A DNA stretch of 64,000 nt from Heteronotia binoei (lineage: Eukaryota). The translations under genes and the position numbers were made by a program. This document shows, in pieces, positions 37,051 to 50,929 of the stretch (its first letter is position 1; each line of letters opens with the position of its first letter). The notes beneath the pieces were generated by a model that was not told where the DNA came from, made no database searches, and worked only from the letters and a program-made list of their open reading frames with translations. The stretch spans positions 51,708,001 to 51,772,000 of the forward strand of contig NC_083226.1 in the NCBI RefSeq assembly GCF_032191835.1. The letters run 5' to 3'.

Positions 37051-38423
37051 AACAAACTTTGCTTTCTGCTCCCCAGTGCTTTTCGTGGGGAACATACAGC
37101 AAGAGTTTCCCTGCAAAAACTGGTGGGGAGCAGAAAGCAGGGATTTAAATGGCTTGGAATCATTTAAACCTCTGCTTTCTGCTCTTTACAAGCTGTCATG
37201 AACTGTCACAAACTACCTTAAAATTTGTGGAAATTTGTGGCAGCTTTTCAATTTATGAACCACAAACCATCCAAAATTCATCAGATACTTTCATTAAATA
37301 GCCAGTTCTTGCCCATCCCTATCCTCTACCGCAAGGGGCTCGGGGCACCCCCCCAATGTGAGCCAAGTCTATCCATGATGATGAGGAAGAAGGGAGCCTA
37401 TGGACAGGAGGAAAAGAGAGCCTGAGGAGGCAGGAAGGAAAGTCCATGATTTCCAGCGAAGAGTTGTCTTTCCTTGCATGCCACAATTGTGCCATGCAAC
37501 AGGTTTGTTTCAAGGCAGGGCAGGAAAGCTCAAAAGCAGATCATGCCCTTTCTACAACATCTTATGAACCACTTTCTCATTTTTTAGTAAGGGTATTTTA
37601 TGGATGTTTTGCAAAAACCAAGGACATTTATAGAGTTGAGGTATATGTTGTATGGGTTTCTCTGATGTTAGACAGTTCTGAAATAAGAGCTATTCATTAT
37701 ATTCTTCAGGGCTTATGTAGAGTAGGAATAAGGAACAACTCTTGGAGTTTAGGGAAATAGCTTAAAATTAGAGACATCTGGCAATCCTAGCTAAACCTTC
37801 CAAATTAAAGATTGCTTGAAAGACAGGCCTTGGATTTGGCTTTTATAGCATTATGTGGGGAGGGGGTTACTGCTTTGGCAAGGGGTGTTTGAAAGAGGTG
37901 AAACACACACACACATGTTTAGAAAACAATTCCAGCCTCAGCGCCATATGCCTTTGGCTTGTGGACTCATTTCCAGGCAAGCATAGCAGTTTAGCAGGCT
38001 TTCTTTTATTTTAGAGGTTGGAAGGGTGGGTTTCATTTCCTTCCTATGGGGATTTTTATTAGGTTTTTTTAAAACTATGTTGCTTTCCTTCTGCTGGTTT
38101 ACTGCCTTGTATCTATCTACCCCCAAGGAGTTTAAAGCCTGGAGTAAGTATTATTAGATTTTTTTAAAGGGGCATTTTCTGATTTGTCTGTTCATGTGAT
38201 GAAAGAGGGAGGATGAATGTTCCCTCATATACTCACATTATTCTTTTGTGTACTTTTTAAACATGGAATCAGAGTGGGTAGTGACAACCACTGACCAAAT
38301 ACAAATTTGCTGCAGAGTACATTCTGCCAACTTATTGTTATTGTTGGTCAATTGACCGTAATAAATTAAAATAAAATAAAATAAAGATAATTTTATCACA
38401 TCTCAGTTGCAAATGCATGGTAA

Positions 38424-38634
38424 AAGGTTTGCCAGCCTCCAGGTATTAGCTAGAGATCTCCTGGGATCACAACTGATCTCCAGCCAACAGTGATTGGTTC
38501 ACCTGGAGAAATGGCTGTTTTGGAAGGTGGATTCTATCCATTATACCCCACTAAAGTCCCTCCCCAACATCTGCCCTCCTCAGGCCACCCCCTCAAATCT
38601 CCAGGTATTTTCCAGCCTAGAGCTGGCAACCCTA
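38424..38634. mobile_element. hAT MITE (TAGGGTTGCCA family)
   Basis: aggtttgccagcctccagg ... gagctggcaacccta; TSD not resolved. Confidence 0.65.
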
Positions 38635-39309
38635 ATCACCCATAAATGAGTGTGAAACAAATTGAATCTGTTACTTTTTGCACTATATAGGAAAAATTCA
38701 ATGTTAAGATTTTTGCATGTTGAGATATATAAGAGGAGGTGCATACATGTATGTGTTATGTGCCACAAAGTCATTTCCAGCTTATGGTGACCTATGAATT
38801 AATGACCTCCTACACATCCGATCATTAACAGCCTTGCTCAGGGTTTTGGGATATTAATTTGCCACTTTTCTCCCAGGGAGGATGCAAACCAGCTTACAGC
38901 AATAAAAATACAAAACAAAACAAACACAACTAACTATACAAATGAGCAAGAATAAACAGCTGTATCTTGGGATGGCTGACTTGTCTATGAGCCAGAGGAT
39001 AAGAGCCCTTTGGGCCATACCAAAAGGCTCATACTTTGGGTCATATCCAATCTTTATACTTGTTGGCAGGAAAAAAGAGGAGCAAGCAAAAGCCCAATTT
39101 AGTTGGTGCCACTGGAAGCAGTGTTCCTTCCAATCTATATACCCTACATTTTGGTAATCAAACATGGATTTTTGTATTATTTATTATTTAGGAAATGTTT
39201 AAGTTGACTCTCCAGAGACCTTCATGGAATATACAAAAACATGGAGATTATTCTTGGTGTCCCCTTGCAACATGTCTAACTTCATTTGAGTCTGCTTTTT
39301 TCACTTGAT

Positions 39310-40395
39310 CTGCACTCCAGCTAAGCCAAATCAACAAGATTTAAGCTGCAGCTTGATTGACTGCAACTGACCCAGCTGAAGCTTAACTCAACCAAGACGG
39401 AGGTCCTGTACATGAGCCGTGGGGGGCTAAGATCGGGCATCTGGCTCCCCACCCTGGATGGCGCATCTCCTGGCTCAGAAGGTGAGGAGCTTGGGTGTGA
39501 TACTGGATGCCACCGTCTCTATGGAGGCCCAGGTCACAGCTGTTCCATCTTTGGCAGGTCAAACAACTAGCGCCCTATCTGGTCCCTCGAGACTTAGCTA
39601 CAATGATCCATGCAACAGTCACTTCCAGGCTGGACAACTGTAACTCGCTCTACGCAGGCTTGCCCTTGAAGTTGATCCGGAAACTCCAGTTGGTGCAGAA
39701 TGTGGCAGCACAATTGCTGACTGAATTGTCTGTATGAGCAAGCAGTTGGTCAATGCTGTGCCATTTGCACTGGCTACCAATTGAGTACTGGATCCACTTC
39801 AAGGTTTTAGTACTGTCGTTTAAAGCCTTGCATGGCCTGGGACCAGCATACCTATGAGACTGTCTCTCCCCATATGAGCCCTAGAGGTCATTATGATTGG
39901 CCAGCCAACATCTCTTGACTATCCCTGGCCCAAGGGATGTCTGGTTTGCCTAGACCAGGGCCAGGGCTTTTTTGGCCCTGACCCAGACCTGGTGGAATCA
40001 GCTCCCTATGGAGGTTTGGGCCCTACGGAATTTTTTGTCATTCCAGAGTGCCTGTAAGATGGAGCTATTCTGCCAGGCCTCTGCCTGAGGCAGGCGGACA
40101 TCCTTATCCTATTACACCATCTAATTGGCCTCCCTGCACTGATTGCTCAAAATCGGGCTGATATAGTTGACATCTTTTGGACACCTAAACTGTATGCCTT
40201 AATTGATGTGGCCACACCATCCATGCTGCCTAAAATTAATTCTGAGCTATGGTTTAACTTTTAATCTGTTTTAACTGTTCAACTGTTTTATTATTTATCT
40301 GTTTGACTGTTTATTGTTAGTTTTAATTGTTTTATCATGTTGGAATCCACCCTGAGCTCACTATGGGAAAGGGTGGACTATAAATTTACAGAAAT
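39310..40395 (+). mobile_element. L2 LINE 3' fragment (late RT region, C-terminus and tail)
   Basis: KLNSTKTEVL; VRSLGVILD; LATMIHATVTSRLDNCNSLYAGLPLKLIRKLQLVQNVAA; LHWLPI...FKVL; L2-type tail ccaccctgagc...gggtggactataaat. Confidence 0.85.
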
Positions 40396-40986
40396 TAATT
40401 AATCTAAATAAATAAGCAAATGTAAAACTTTAGACTTAACATGGGATTAGACCAGTTTAATATGTAGTGCCTTGGTTTATCTCAAGGGGGATCTCAAGGC
40501 CAAGTTGAAACAGTAAGAGGGCTATTGTTGAACAGTATCTTGAGCAGTATTGCCTCTAAGCTGAGTTAGTGAGAGCTAGCTCACAGATTTTTAGTCTCCA
40601 GCTCACACATTTTTATCTTAGCTCAGCAAGAATGACCTCAGAGCACAATAATTTAGGCAGCAGCTCACAACTTTAATCCCAGTAGCTCACAAAGTAGTAT
40701 TTTTGCTTACAAGTCTCTGCAGTTTATTCTTGGTGTCCCCTTGCAACATGTCTCTGTCTTGAGTTGCACGCATGTTTTACTTATGAGGTATGTCCACCCA
40801 TTCACATCTGCCATTTTTCATACAAACCTAAAAAGCACATACATACATCTTCCATCTTGCTTCATGTAGCTTTTGAAGTCTTCTATAATACAACAGGTTA
40901 GTATCAATGTGTAGTATTTATACAGTGTCTTCTCTAAGTGCTTAGAACACTCTGCATTCATTGGGTTGGAACCCAATGATAATTTT

Positions 40987-41436
40987 CAGGGCTTTTTTGT
41001 AGCAGGAACTCCTTTGCATATTAGGCCACACAACCCTGATATAGCCAATCCATCTGAAGAAGAAGATATTGGATTTATATCCCACCCTCCACTCCGAACA
41101 GTCTCAGAGCGGCTCACAATCTCCTTTACCTCCCCCCGCCCACAACAGACACCCTGTGAGGTGGGTGGGACTGGAGAGGGTTCTCACAGCAGCTGCCCTT
41201 TCAAGGACAACCACTGCCAGAGCTATGGCTGACCCAAGGCCATGCTAGCAGGTGCAAGTGGAGGAGTGGGGAATCAAACCCAGTTCTCCCAGGTAAGAGT
41301 CCGCACACTTAACCACTACACCAAACTGGCTCTCCTGGAGCTTACAGTAGGCCCTGTAAACTCTTGGAGGATTGGCTACATCAGGGGGATGTAGCCTAAT
41401 ATACAAAGGAGTTCCTGCTACAAAAAAAAAGCTCTG
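40987..41436. mobile_element. hAT MITE (CAGGGCTTTTTT family) split by a full-length Squam3-like SINE (~41056-41335)
   Basis: TIRs cagggctttttt / aaaaaagctctg; TSD ataatttt / ataatttc; removing the SINE restores a copy like 50315-50493. Confidence 0.85.
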
Positions 41437-42313
41437 ATAATTTCTATTTATGTGGGGGGAGGGGGATTTTGCCAATTACTCCATCCTGCTGCAGACATCC
41501 AGTCTACTCACATGCTATTCCTGGGGATCTCCTATCTGCCAGAAGCAGAATTTTGGGAGATCAGTAGGCTGTAATGGGAAAGGAGAGTCATGAAAGTACC
41601 TTTCGTTAGCGGAGATTATAATCAGAATGCAACCCATTATTTCAGTAATTTTGATAGCAGTCCTGAAAGATAGAAGTTCTGACCGATTCCTATATTACAA
41701 AGGAGGAGGGAAGTTAAAAACGATTGTATGGTTGTTATGTGAATGGAAATTTCTTTATCTAAAATTCACTTTTTAAAGATATAGCTGATGATTCATCTTA
41801 TTTTATTTTCCTTTTTAAAAAGAGAGATTTCCCTTTAATTTATCTTTGATATCTATTTGAAGAAAAATCAATGCACCTTTTGCCACTTCAGCCCTTATAG
41901 CTGTTTTATGTTATACACCACACAGTGGTACTTTAGCAGGAGGATAGAAAGAATTAAGAAGATATTACCTGCCTCTGAGCATCTACAGAGTGACATTCTG
42001 AAGATCTGCAGAACCTCCCTTTCTGCTCCTCTTCTCTTCAAATTTCTTTTTTGTTCAAAATGGAGCTGATTAGAAAATTACTTCAAATTCCTAAAAAAAA
42101 AAAAAAAGGAAAGGAAAGGAAAGGAAACAGATCATTGAATTTACCTTAGCAGTGCTGGAAAATGTGGCTTGATCAAGGCCTTCTAATGAGTTAATGGCTG
42201 AGATGATATTTGAACCAGGGATTATGGGGTACATAGCTCATTCTCTTTACTGTTGTGTTAACACTGACATGTTTGAGTAATTCACTTCTCATTTTGCCTT
42301 TTTTACCAGTATC

Positions 42314-42438
42314 CAGGCCTCGGATTCAGCGGGAGCTCACAGGAGCTCCTTCCCACCTTGTCAATTGAAAAGTAGGTGCAGCTGCATAACAATCCCTAGA
42401 TGAGCTCCACCACCTATTTTTTTACGTAACAACCCCTG
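42314..42438. mobile_element. hAT MITE
   Basis: Perfect 8-bp TSD ccagtatc; reverse-oriented homologue of 61706-61870. Confidence 0.85.
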
Positions 42439-43093
42439 CCAGTATCCTATATTTTCCAGTATCTGGGAGCACCATTATTTCCATATTCCTACATACAGAA
42501 ATATTTAAACAAGCTCTATTGCAGGAGTAGGTGGGGGAGAATGAAAATATGCCCTTCTAATTCTGAAGGTCTTAATTGCATAATTACAAACTGCTCCAGT
42601 TATTCAGCATTTTATATTATAGCATATTTAGCATAGTAGTTAATTCAACCCTGTGAGTTATGGATTGGAACTTTGGTGCAGCATGTAGTTGTTCCACGAT
42701 TATTTTTGAAACACAAACATTATAGATTTTCCTTTTAATCTCAAAACCAAAGGAAAAACACTGCTGGGAAGAATACTTGATTTGTTTTGAAATGTGTGCT
42801 GTTTCACATGATCCTTTGACTTATGGTGAGAACTGGTAAGCCAATGCACTTTATTAACTTCCATAAGAAGTGTGTGTTTGTGTTTTCTTTTCATTGACCA
42901 TCATGGCTGCTTTACGTGTTGACACCTATTTTCATCTTTGCTCAAGAAAGGAACTATAGAACTACAAAAGCATTGCTATAGCCAATTACCAAAGACAAAG
43001 GCTCAAAGACACAGTACAATTTCACTTTTGAAAAGGGAAGCAGGAAAGAACTCCCAAAATGTTTGGAATAATTAGATGTTTGAATGAGTGAGA

Positions 43094-44328
43094 TGTAAGC
43101 CAAAATGCCCTCAAAACGAGGATGGAGAATTGTCAGGTGGGCACCTGGCTTAATCAGGATCTTTTACCTGTGTATACAGGATTCCACATCCAGAAATTAA
43201 TGCTTAAAAATATTAAATTAAAAATATTAGGGACTCTAATTAAGTAAAACAATTAAAATTTATTCCAGAAAAATATAGGCTTACATACAAGATAAAATAC
43301 TCATAAAATCATTCATACAGTCCTAAGAATAATAGAGATAGAGAGAGACAACACATGCGTAGACAAACAGGGTGATAATTACCGATCGTAGTCCTCAAGG
43401 AAGGCTCCAATGGTGATGAAAGAGGACGGGGGAAATGGGACTCTCAACTGGCCAAGAATCGGGGATGGATCTAGACAGCAGAGATAGGGTACTGCTGGAT
43501 TCACACATGTGGGGAGCTGGGTCAGAGGTTAAATAGACTACCTTAGACCATCAGGAGATGGGAGGTACGAGGGAGGAGAAAGGCGAGGCTCTGCAGTGAC
43601 CATAAGGGCTGGACTTCTGCAGTAGCCAATAGCAAGTTGATTGGTGGTACCTAATTGGGTACCCATAATTGATCAATGAACAAGTTTGGGCCCGGGTTAC
43701 CTGATTGGCCAGAATGGGAGAAATTATTGGGTGGAGGGGTGCTTAATATTATTAAATTTATCTAAAAGGGTGACAATAGATAGCCAAATTATTGCCTAGG
43801 TAACACCCAGTTTGCACAAAGGAATTTGGCTCTGGCTGAAGATGGTCTTCCTCTTCTTCTGTTCTTTTTGCTACCAGGCTTAGGCAGTCCGGCAGGATCC
43901 ACGCCTGGATAAGCTTGATGGTTTCATGGGTGGGTAACATCTGTTGCGTACGTGTGTTTCCCGCTGTGCTGAAATGGAATCTTGGCACTGCTGGAAGATA
44001 GCTTTTATTAGCCTCCCAAAGTGGATTCTATGGTCAAGGCTGAAAACCGTATGGCCTGGCTAGCTCCTGACGGTGCACTTTCTTCCGCTCCAAGATAGAG
44101 ATGGCGTTTGCCCGAAGCAGCTGGAAACCATCCGTTCTCCTTGCTGGCACTCTTCCAGGGACACGGAGCGCTGCTTTAGCATTGTGGCTGCTTGTATTCA
44201 TAAGTCCTTTCCATTCTGGTAGACAAACCCACGTCCTTCTGGCAGATGTGTGAGAGCTCTGTCTCCAAGCACTCTGGCAACCAGACGGGTGACTATGATG
44301 TTCTGGAAATTAGGGGCATCTCCTTACA
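43094..44328 (-). mobile_element. Solo LTR, copy 2 (1235 bp)
   Basis: TGTAAG...CTTACA termini; TSD gaga at 43090-43093 and 44329-44332; reverse complement of copy 1. Confidence 0.9.
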
Positions 44329-44411
44329 GAGAATGCTTTTTGTATAACTTCATTCCACATAGTAATAATGGCAATATCTAAGGGTGTTTTTTTAATATGC
44401 AACATCTAAGG

Positions 44412-44546
44412 CAGGGGTGGCCAACGGTAGCTCTCCAGATGTTTTTGCCTACAACTCCCATAAGTCCGAGCCAGCATGGCCAATGGCTGGGGCTGATGGG
44501 AGTTGTAGGCAAAAAGCATCTGGAGAGCTACCGGTGGCCACCCCTG
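44412..44546. mobile_element. hAT hairpin MITE (135 bp)
   Basis: TIRs caggggtggcca / tggccacccctg; perfect TSD atctaagg. Confidence 0.9.
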
Positions 44547-46904
44547 ATCTAAGGTAAAACTGTGTATTATGGCATACAATACTGTGCTTTCACTGCTCAG
44601 AAAATACAGTATTCCTATAACAGAAGTGCTGCCATAATAATATAACTATATCCCACTCAATAGTCTAGAAAGCGCCTGTACTCAACTGTGTAAATGTTAT
44701 GGGGGTGCACTATTAACCAAAGTTACTATAGCTCACTGAAGTCAATAGTTTTAGAAGGGTGGGACTCTGTTTAGGACTGCACTGTTAGTATAGCAATGGA
44801 TGACATTAGATCCAAACATGCCTTTTCCTTGAAATCCATTGAATAGTGCCTTCATCCCTAGTGTCTGTGTTTATATTTGTGTCCATAATCCGGGCCACAT
44901 GCAAAAAAAATCATCCTTTTATTAAACCACAAGGGGAGGGAAACTAACCAATTTTCCATCTGGAATTGTTTTTGGCTAGTGGTATCTGGAAAGTTCTGTC
45001 ACTTGGTTATCATCTTGTGCTTCATACTCAAAATGCAGTGATGAGGTTGTACTATCAGTTCTGTTACTGTGAATCTCTGGAAAGTGTTGTATTTCAAGAA
45101 ATATGTAAAGGTAACCAATAAATTAAGGGAGGATTAAAAGAGAAGGCAGAAAAGCATGTGAAGTAGCTCTTTTGTTGTCTCCTTTTAAAATCATAAACCC
45201 TCAGGGATCATTGTACTTACTTAGCAGTTTTTAAGCACCTTCCATCAAAGCATCTCCAAATGCTTTGCAAACGTTAATTAAACCTCACTGTATTCACTTA
45301 CTGGAGGTAAGGATTATTAATCCCAGTTTACATCTGGGTAAACTGAAACTCTAGGATATTAACTAGTATATTACACTTGCTGGCAAAACTATGAGTAGCA
45401 CCCTCTCTGGCCCAGCAATTACGGCTAGTTTGAATTCCTTGTAGACTACACTGGATGAAGGTGCAAATCTTGTAAAAGGGGGGAGGGGTTTGGGGGGGGG
45501 AGTTGGAAATGGAACTTCCTTTCAAATTAAAGACTGTGATTGTTTTGCTATCTTTCTCTCTCTTTTCAAGCATGACAGAGGTGTCACCCCAGGGGAAAAT
45601 AAGACAACAACATCCTTAGAGATGTCATTTATACAGAGCTTGCTGTACAAGTTCAATTTCTGTACTAGCAGCAACAAAACTGAGGTGGGAAGAAAGAGTT
45701 TGAAATGGGGTGGGGGGAGAGAGAGAAACAGAATGCCAGAGAAGATAATTCTTTCTGAAAAATAGCAGATTGGTTGAAATGGCTGGGAAATAAAGAGAAA
45801 AGAAGGTAAAAAGGGAAATGAGAGTGTTTGCGGGGGGTGGGGGGACAAAGATCAAGATTTGTTAAAACATTTTTAATAGAAACTTTTCTGTTTTCTGGTC
45901 ATTCAGGGTTCTGATCTTCCTTTAAATATCATTTGGGAAAAACTGCAGGTAGATCTTTTCAGAGGGAATTTTGACCCTTAGGGACTCAGAACCTCCATTC
46001 TCTCCTTACACTTTTATCTGTACCGTCTTCCCTACCCACCAAGACTCTGCAAGGTAGTTATAGATCCCCCCCCCCAATGCATTCCATTGGCAGGGATTAG
46101 GATCTCTATAGGGCTCGGCCTAGGAACACCAAATCTTTATGATTTTTTTTATGGAATGGAGAATTTGAACTGGGCAAAGTCACAGCTGATAGAATTTGTC
46201 ATTCTCCTAGCAGTACAAGAGTCCCCTCAGGCTCTTTCTTTATTTGAACAGCATCATCTGTGTAACTCAATGCTTTGCTTAATCATATAAGCAAAAGATG
46301 AGATCCCTGCCTCAAGGAACTTAAAAAGCAAGTTCTGAAGAGAAAATGACAAGTTGTGAGGAAGGGTGCAATATAGAACTGGGTGGCAGAGGCAAGGCTT
46401 AACAGAACAGAAATCGGCATAAACGTGGTAGCCTATTTCATCTGGGATGTAGACCTGGCAACTGGGTTGCCATGAGACATAGGCCAAAAGTATCCAGCTT
46501 AGTCCTTACCTTCCCTGATTACAGAGCTAGCGGATATTGCCTTTTCAGGGAGGGGAGATCAAATAGTCTTACTCTGTGACTTTAATGCTCCTGTCCTTGT
46601 CTTTGACATCTCTGGACAATACATCAGGCTGCTTTATGCCACTCCATCGACTCCCAATTCCCTTCCCTCCTTTTTATATACTGTCACGTGCACTGTCAAA
46701 TGACCACGGCCTCATATATCCTCTTTCTTCTTCAGCATCTTCTCCTTTTTTGCTCCCTGGCAATTAAAGAAAGTACAAATCTAAGCCCAAACAAATCAAT
46801 GTTTACAGATTTGTAATAAGTTTCTTTCCCCCCTTATTTATTTATTTCCTCCTCAGTCACTAAAGAAGCGGCAGCAACTTGCAAGGAGCAGTTCTTGCCA
46901 GAGG

Positions 46905-47075
46905 NNNNNNNNNNNNNNNNNNNNNNNNNNNNNNNNNNNNNNNNNNNNNNNNNNNNNNNNNNNNNNNNNNNNNNNNNNNNNNNNNNNNNNNNNNNNNNNN
47001 NNNNNNNNNNNNNNNNNNNNNNNNNNNNNNNNNNNNNNNNNNNNNNNNNNNNNNNNNNNNNNNNNNNNNNNNNNN
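46905..47075. other. Assembly gap
   Basis: Run of N. Confidence 1.
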
Positions 47076-50000
47076 TGCTGATACAGTGTATGGTTTTCTT
47101 TTTCTCTAGAATCCACTCAGACATAATTAACACTCAGTTACTAGACTTTAGCTTCCCTCTGGAGTGTGCTGTTTTGAGGGATGCAAGAGAGAAGAGGAGA
47201 GAGAGTGAGTGCTGTAGAGTCTATCAAACAGTTGCCTTATAGGGGATCCTGCTTTATAGAAACAACGATGGTGGTGCATGTCAGACCCTGAGCTGTGGCA
47301 CCCTCTTCTGGGCCCTCAGCACTTTCAGCTTCCTTGAGTGAGCCATAAAGCAATCAATCTCTCCCTTTCTGTTTCCTTCCCCCCTCCAGCACTTCAAACT
47401 TTTCTTTTTCTTTGTGTAATTCTATTCCAGCTGCTGCACCACAACAAAGGCACGAAATCACACATCCACAGACACACAGACCTGCAAAGGCAGACGTGCT
47501 TCCAGCTTGTCATAACAAAGTGAAGGGGAATGGTTTACTCTTTTGATGAGTTATCCCTCACAAACATTGCCAGCTAACCAGACAAGAGCTCTCTATTGCT
47601 GTTGTTAGTGGAAGAGTGAGACAGAAAGTGGCTGGGATATTTCTTAAGCTAAGAAGTCCCCTTCTCTCCCTCCCTGTGAAAAACCACACACAGTCATATT
47701 TGTGCTTCTGTTTCCTCACTACGTGATTAATACCTGGCCAAAAGTGATCAGCATGGGCTAACTTGTTAACCTCACACAGGGAAAGTCTGTACATTCATGA
47801 GATGGATTTTTTTCTTCAGTGTGCACACCAAAAGGGAAAATATGATCCCTTCGTCCGGAGGCCTCTCCTGTGTGGATATGACTTCATGATGTAGAAAGGG
47901 CTGATTGTGAGCAAGTTTACTTCGCTTGCTTTATGTCCCTCGTTTAATTCCTTTTTGGCCCAGTTGAAGGAAGGGATAGATTGATTTTTAATATCTCGGC
48001 CTTGAGGTTATACAGAACACAGCGGGGAGGGGAGATGGTGTCTGTGGGTCCCAAAACATTACCCTCATCATTGTAGAATACTCTGAAATGACTGCTTATT
48101 TTAAGAAAAATTGTCTCTCTGAAAATGAGCTGGCTTGGGGCTTTAGGAGGTGTCAAGGACCGATCCAAAGACAGAGACAAATTAGGCCACTGTTGACAAT
48201 GCCAAAATTAAAAAGATGCCAAACTCTGCTATGTAAATGCCTTGGAAAAAGAACCACTGCCTATAACTATCAGAGAAGTGAACTGCTGCAGCTTAGGAGT
48301 TCCTCTGCTGGAAATATTCCCTGCATTCCAGGGGAAATGACTGAGAGCCTTTGGACTGCCACCCACGGCCCTGGGCACAGAGTTGTAAAAGAGAGGAAGT
48401 AAAGGAGTGGAAGCCCAAAAAATTAAAATGAAAAACTAGTATCCCAACCATCTTTTTTTACTACAAGCAGTATTGCAAAGAATTGTGTAAAGTAATTCAT
48501 TTATAGAAGAAAATTCTTGATCCGGTACTGAGGGAAATCAGACACTCTTATTCAGTGCAGGACTGTGAATGTTCCAGTATGAGTTGAGAGGCTGAAACAT
48601 TCCACGACATCACTCAGTTCTCATTTCCAGTATTTCCAGTGTATGGCAGCTGACGTCCTCAGAATGCCAAGAGAATTCACCAAGGCATGCTAGCACCTCA
48701 CAGAAATAGCAAGTACCCATGGCCCTACCGCACTCAGAAAAAATGTGGTAGAACCACCAAAAAAACCTTTCTCAAGGTGTTTTATATGTAGTTTTAGATT
48801 ATAATTAGTTTACATGGTCAAGAAGCAGATTTTGATGTTAAAATGAAGATTATCCAGGGGTTCTTTTTTCTGTTTCGGTGTTGTGAATGCAAGTGAACTC
48901 CCTGGGCTGGCAAGCACAATTAACACCAAACAGAAGTGATGCAAAATTGGAGTGGCTAGAATATCTTGTCAATTTCCATCGTAAATAAATAGACCAAAAT
49001 GAGTTTGTTGATTGACTACTCCCTGTGTTACTGCTTAATATTTAATACCAGTAGACTCCTACGAACTAGACAGGCAACAGAAGGGAATTAGTATTTTGCA
49101 AGACTACATCTGGCCTGAAGGAAGGATCACACTGTTCATTACATGCCTTGGAAACTTGGTTACTGGTTTGCACTTTTTTTTTTAATGTGAAGTTTTTTCT
49201 GGGAAAAGGTGAACAATCTATTTAATAGGAATCTTGTACCTCTTCCTCTACAAGTAGAAAAGCAGATGGGGGACAAATTTTCCACAGACAAATGGTTGGC
49301 AAAGAAAGAATTACATAACCCCCCAGCCCCAGACGCTCACCCTCCAATCAGGTCCAAACTACAGTCCATGGAACTTGCAGCCACAGAACAGATGTCAGCT
49401 CCTTGTGGGAATTCAGTTCACAAGCAATGCAAGGACCTGCTTTAGATCCGGACTGAGGCACAGGGAGAAGAGGGGCTCCTGCTTTCCACCCACACCATTT
49501 TCTCTACCAAAAATAGCCTATTGGGGCATTGGTTGCCTTTTCAGGGAGTTTCACCTGCAAGCAGTCAGTGCACATGCAGCCACCAAATGGAGCAACCCAT
49601 GCTCCTGTGGCCATTTGGGGGCAGGAATACAGGAGGAGCCTTTCCATCTCCTGTGCTGTGCTCCTGATCCAAATGCTTCTGAATTAGATTCCCACAGGGA
49701 ACTTATGACTGGCATCCAGCTTCAAGCAGTGATCATGTAGCCGACAACTTGTAGTTTGGCTCTCAGCCTTAAACCAACACTGTTAACTTTGAATGGGTAA
49801 AACCTCTTTGGAAGAAACCACAAAGGCACTTTATGTATTAGGTAGTTTAACCCTAAAATAAGTGAAAATGTAAAAGAAATAGATAGAGCTTGATAGACTG
49901 GAGATAATTATTCCCAACCTTAGAAACTTCCTCAATGACTTTATTCATACAAAGAAAGTCTAAACATGAAGACAGCATACTTTAATTATTTTTGTCATAA

Positions 50001-50314
50001 TGCCAAAATTTCTTGAAGAATCACTCATATTTCATAATCATTTTGGAGTGGGGGGATACAACTTTTGAGGCATTCTTAGTGAATTTCTCCCTTTCTTCTG
50101 ATTCACTTAATTAGAAAACTTAATCACAGCCATTACAGTAACTACATTTCTACTGCCACTTTCCAAAAATGTCCATATGTCCTATGGAGTCTATCCTGAG
50201 ATGCCTGCATGAAGTGTTATTTTCAAAGCCAGTTCAGCTATGGAAAGAAGTTCCATTATTTGGATATAATATGAGAAACTGCATTTGTGATGTAATACCA
50301 CAAATAGTAACTAA

Positions 50315-50493
50315 CAGGGCTTTTTTTTAGCAGGAACTCCTTTGCATATTGGCCACACACCCCTGATGTAGCCAATCCTCCAAGAGCATACAGGGTTCCT
50401 AGTACAGGGCCTACTGTAAGCTCCAGGAGAATTGGCTACATCAGGGGTGTGTGGCCTAATATGCAAAGGAGTTCCTGCTACAAAAAAGCCCTG
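50315..50493. mobile_element. Complete hAT MITE (CAGGGCTTTTTT family), palindromic
   Basis: TIRs cagggctttttt / aaaaaagccctg; TSD gtaactaa / gtaactat. Confidence 0.9.
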
Positions 50494-50929
50494 GTAACTA
50501 TTCAGTCTTACCCATGTGAAGATAGGAATTGTCAGTTTGGTGACTTCTGGAAAACTGTAACCACTTTGGCCATTACATTAGTAGTGGAAATGGATGGATT
50601 TGTACTTATGCACTATGTTGCATCTCATGGATGGTATCTCCATGAGCCATAGCATAGTCCTTGTTCATGTGGAAGAGATAAAACTACTCCTTGCTGTCTG
50701 CTTTCACTAAAGCACTACCTTTTCAATGAGTGCAAGGCATAGCACAAGGTATTTTTTTTCTGTCAAATGAAAATCAAATGAAATCATGTGAACCATCTGC
50801 TGTACATTTCATTGTTCCATATGCACACTGTTATACAGTTAAAATTACATTAAAGCAGTGTTTTGCTGCAGCTGTTATGCTGCTTGCTTAAGTGGAACTG
50901 TGTTAAGTACATTGTTCTTTCCACTAAAG

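Noticed and set aside
16673-44328. LTR copies 1 and 2, or 2 and 3, as the two ends of one provirus
   Set aside because: Each copy has its own matching TSD on both sides, copies 1 and 2 are in opposite orientation, and no gag/pol/env lies between them.
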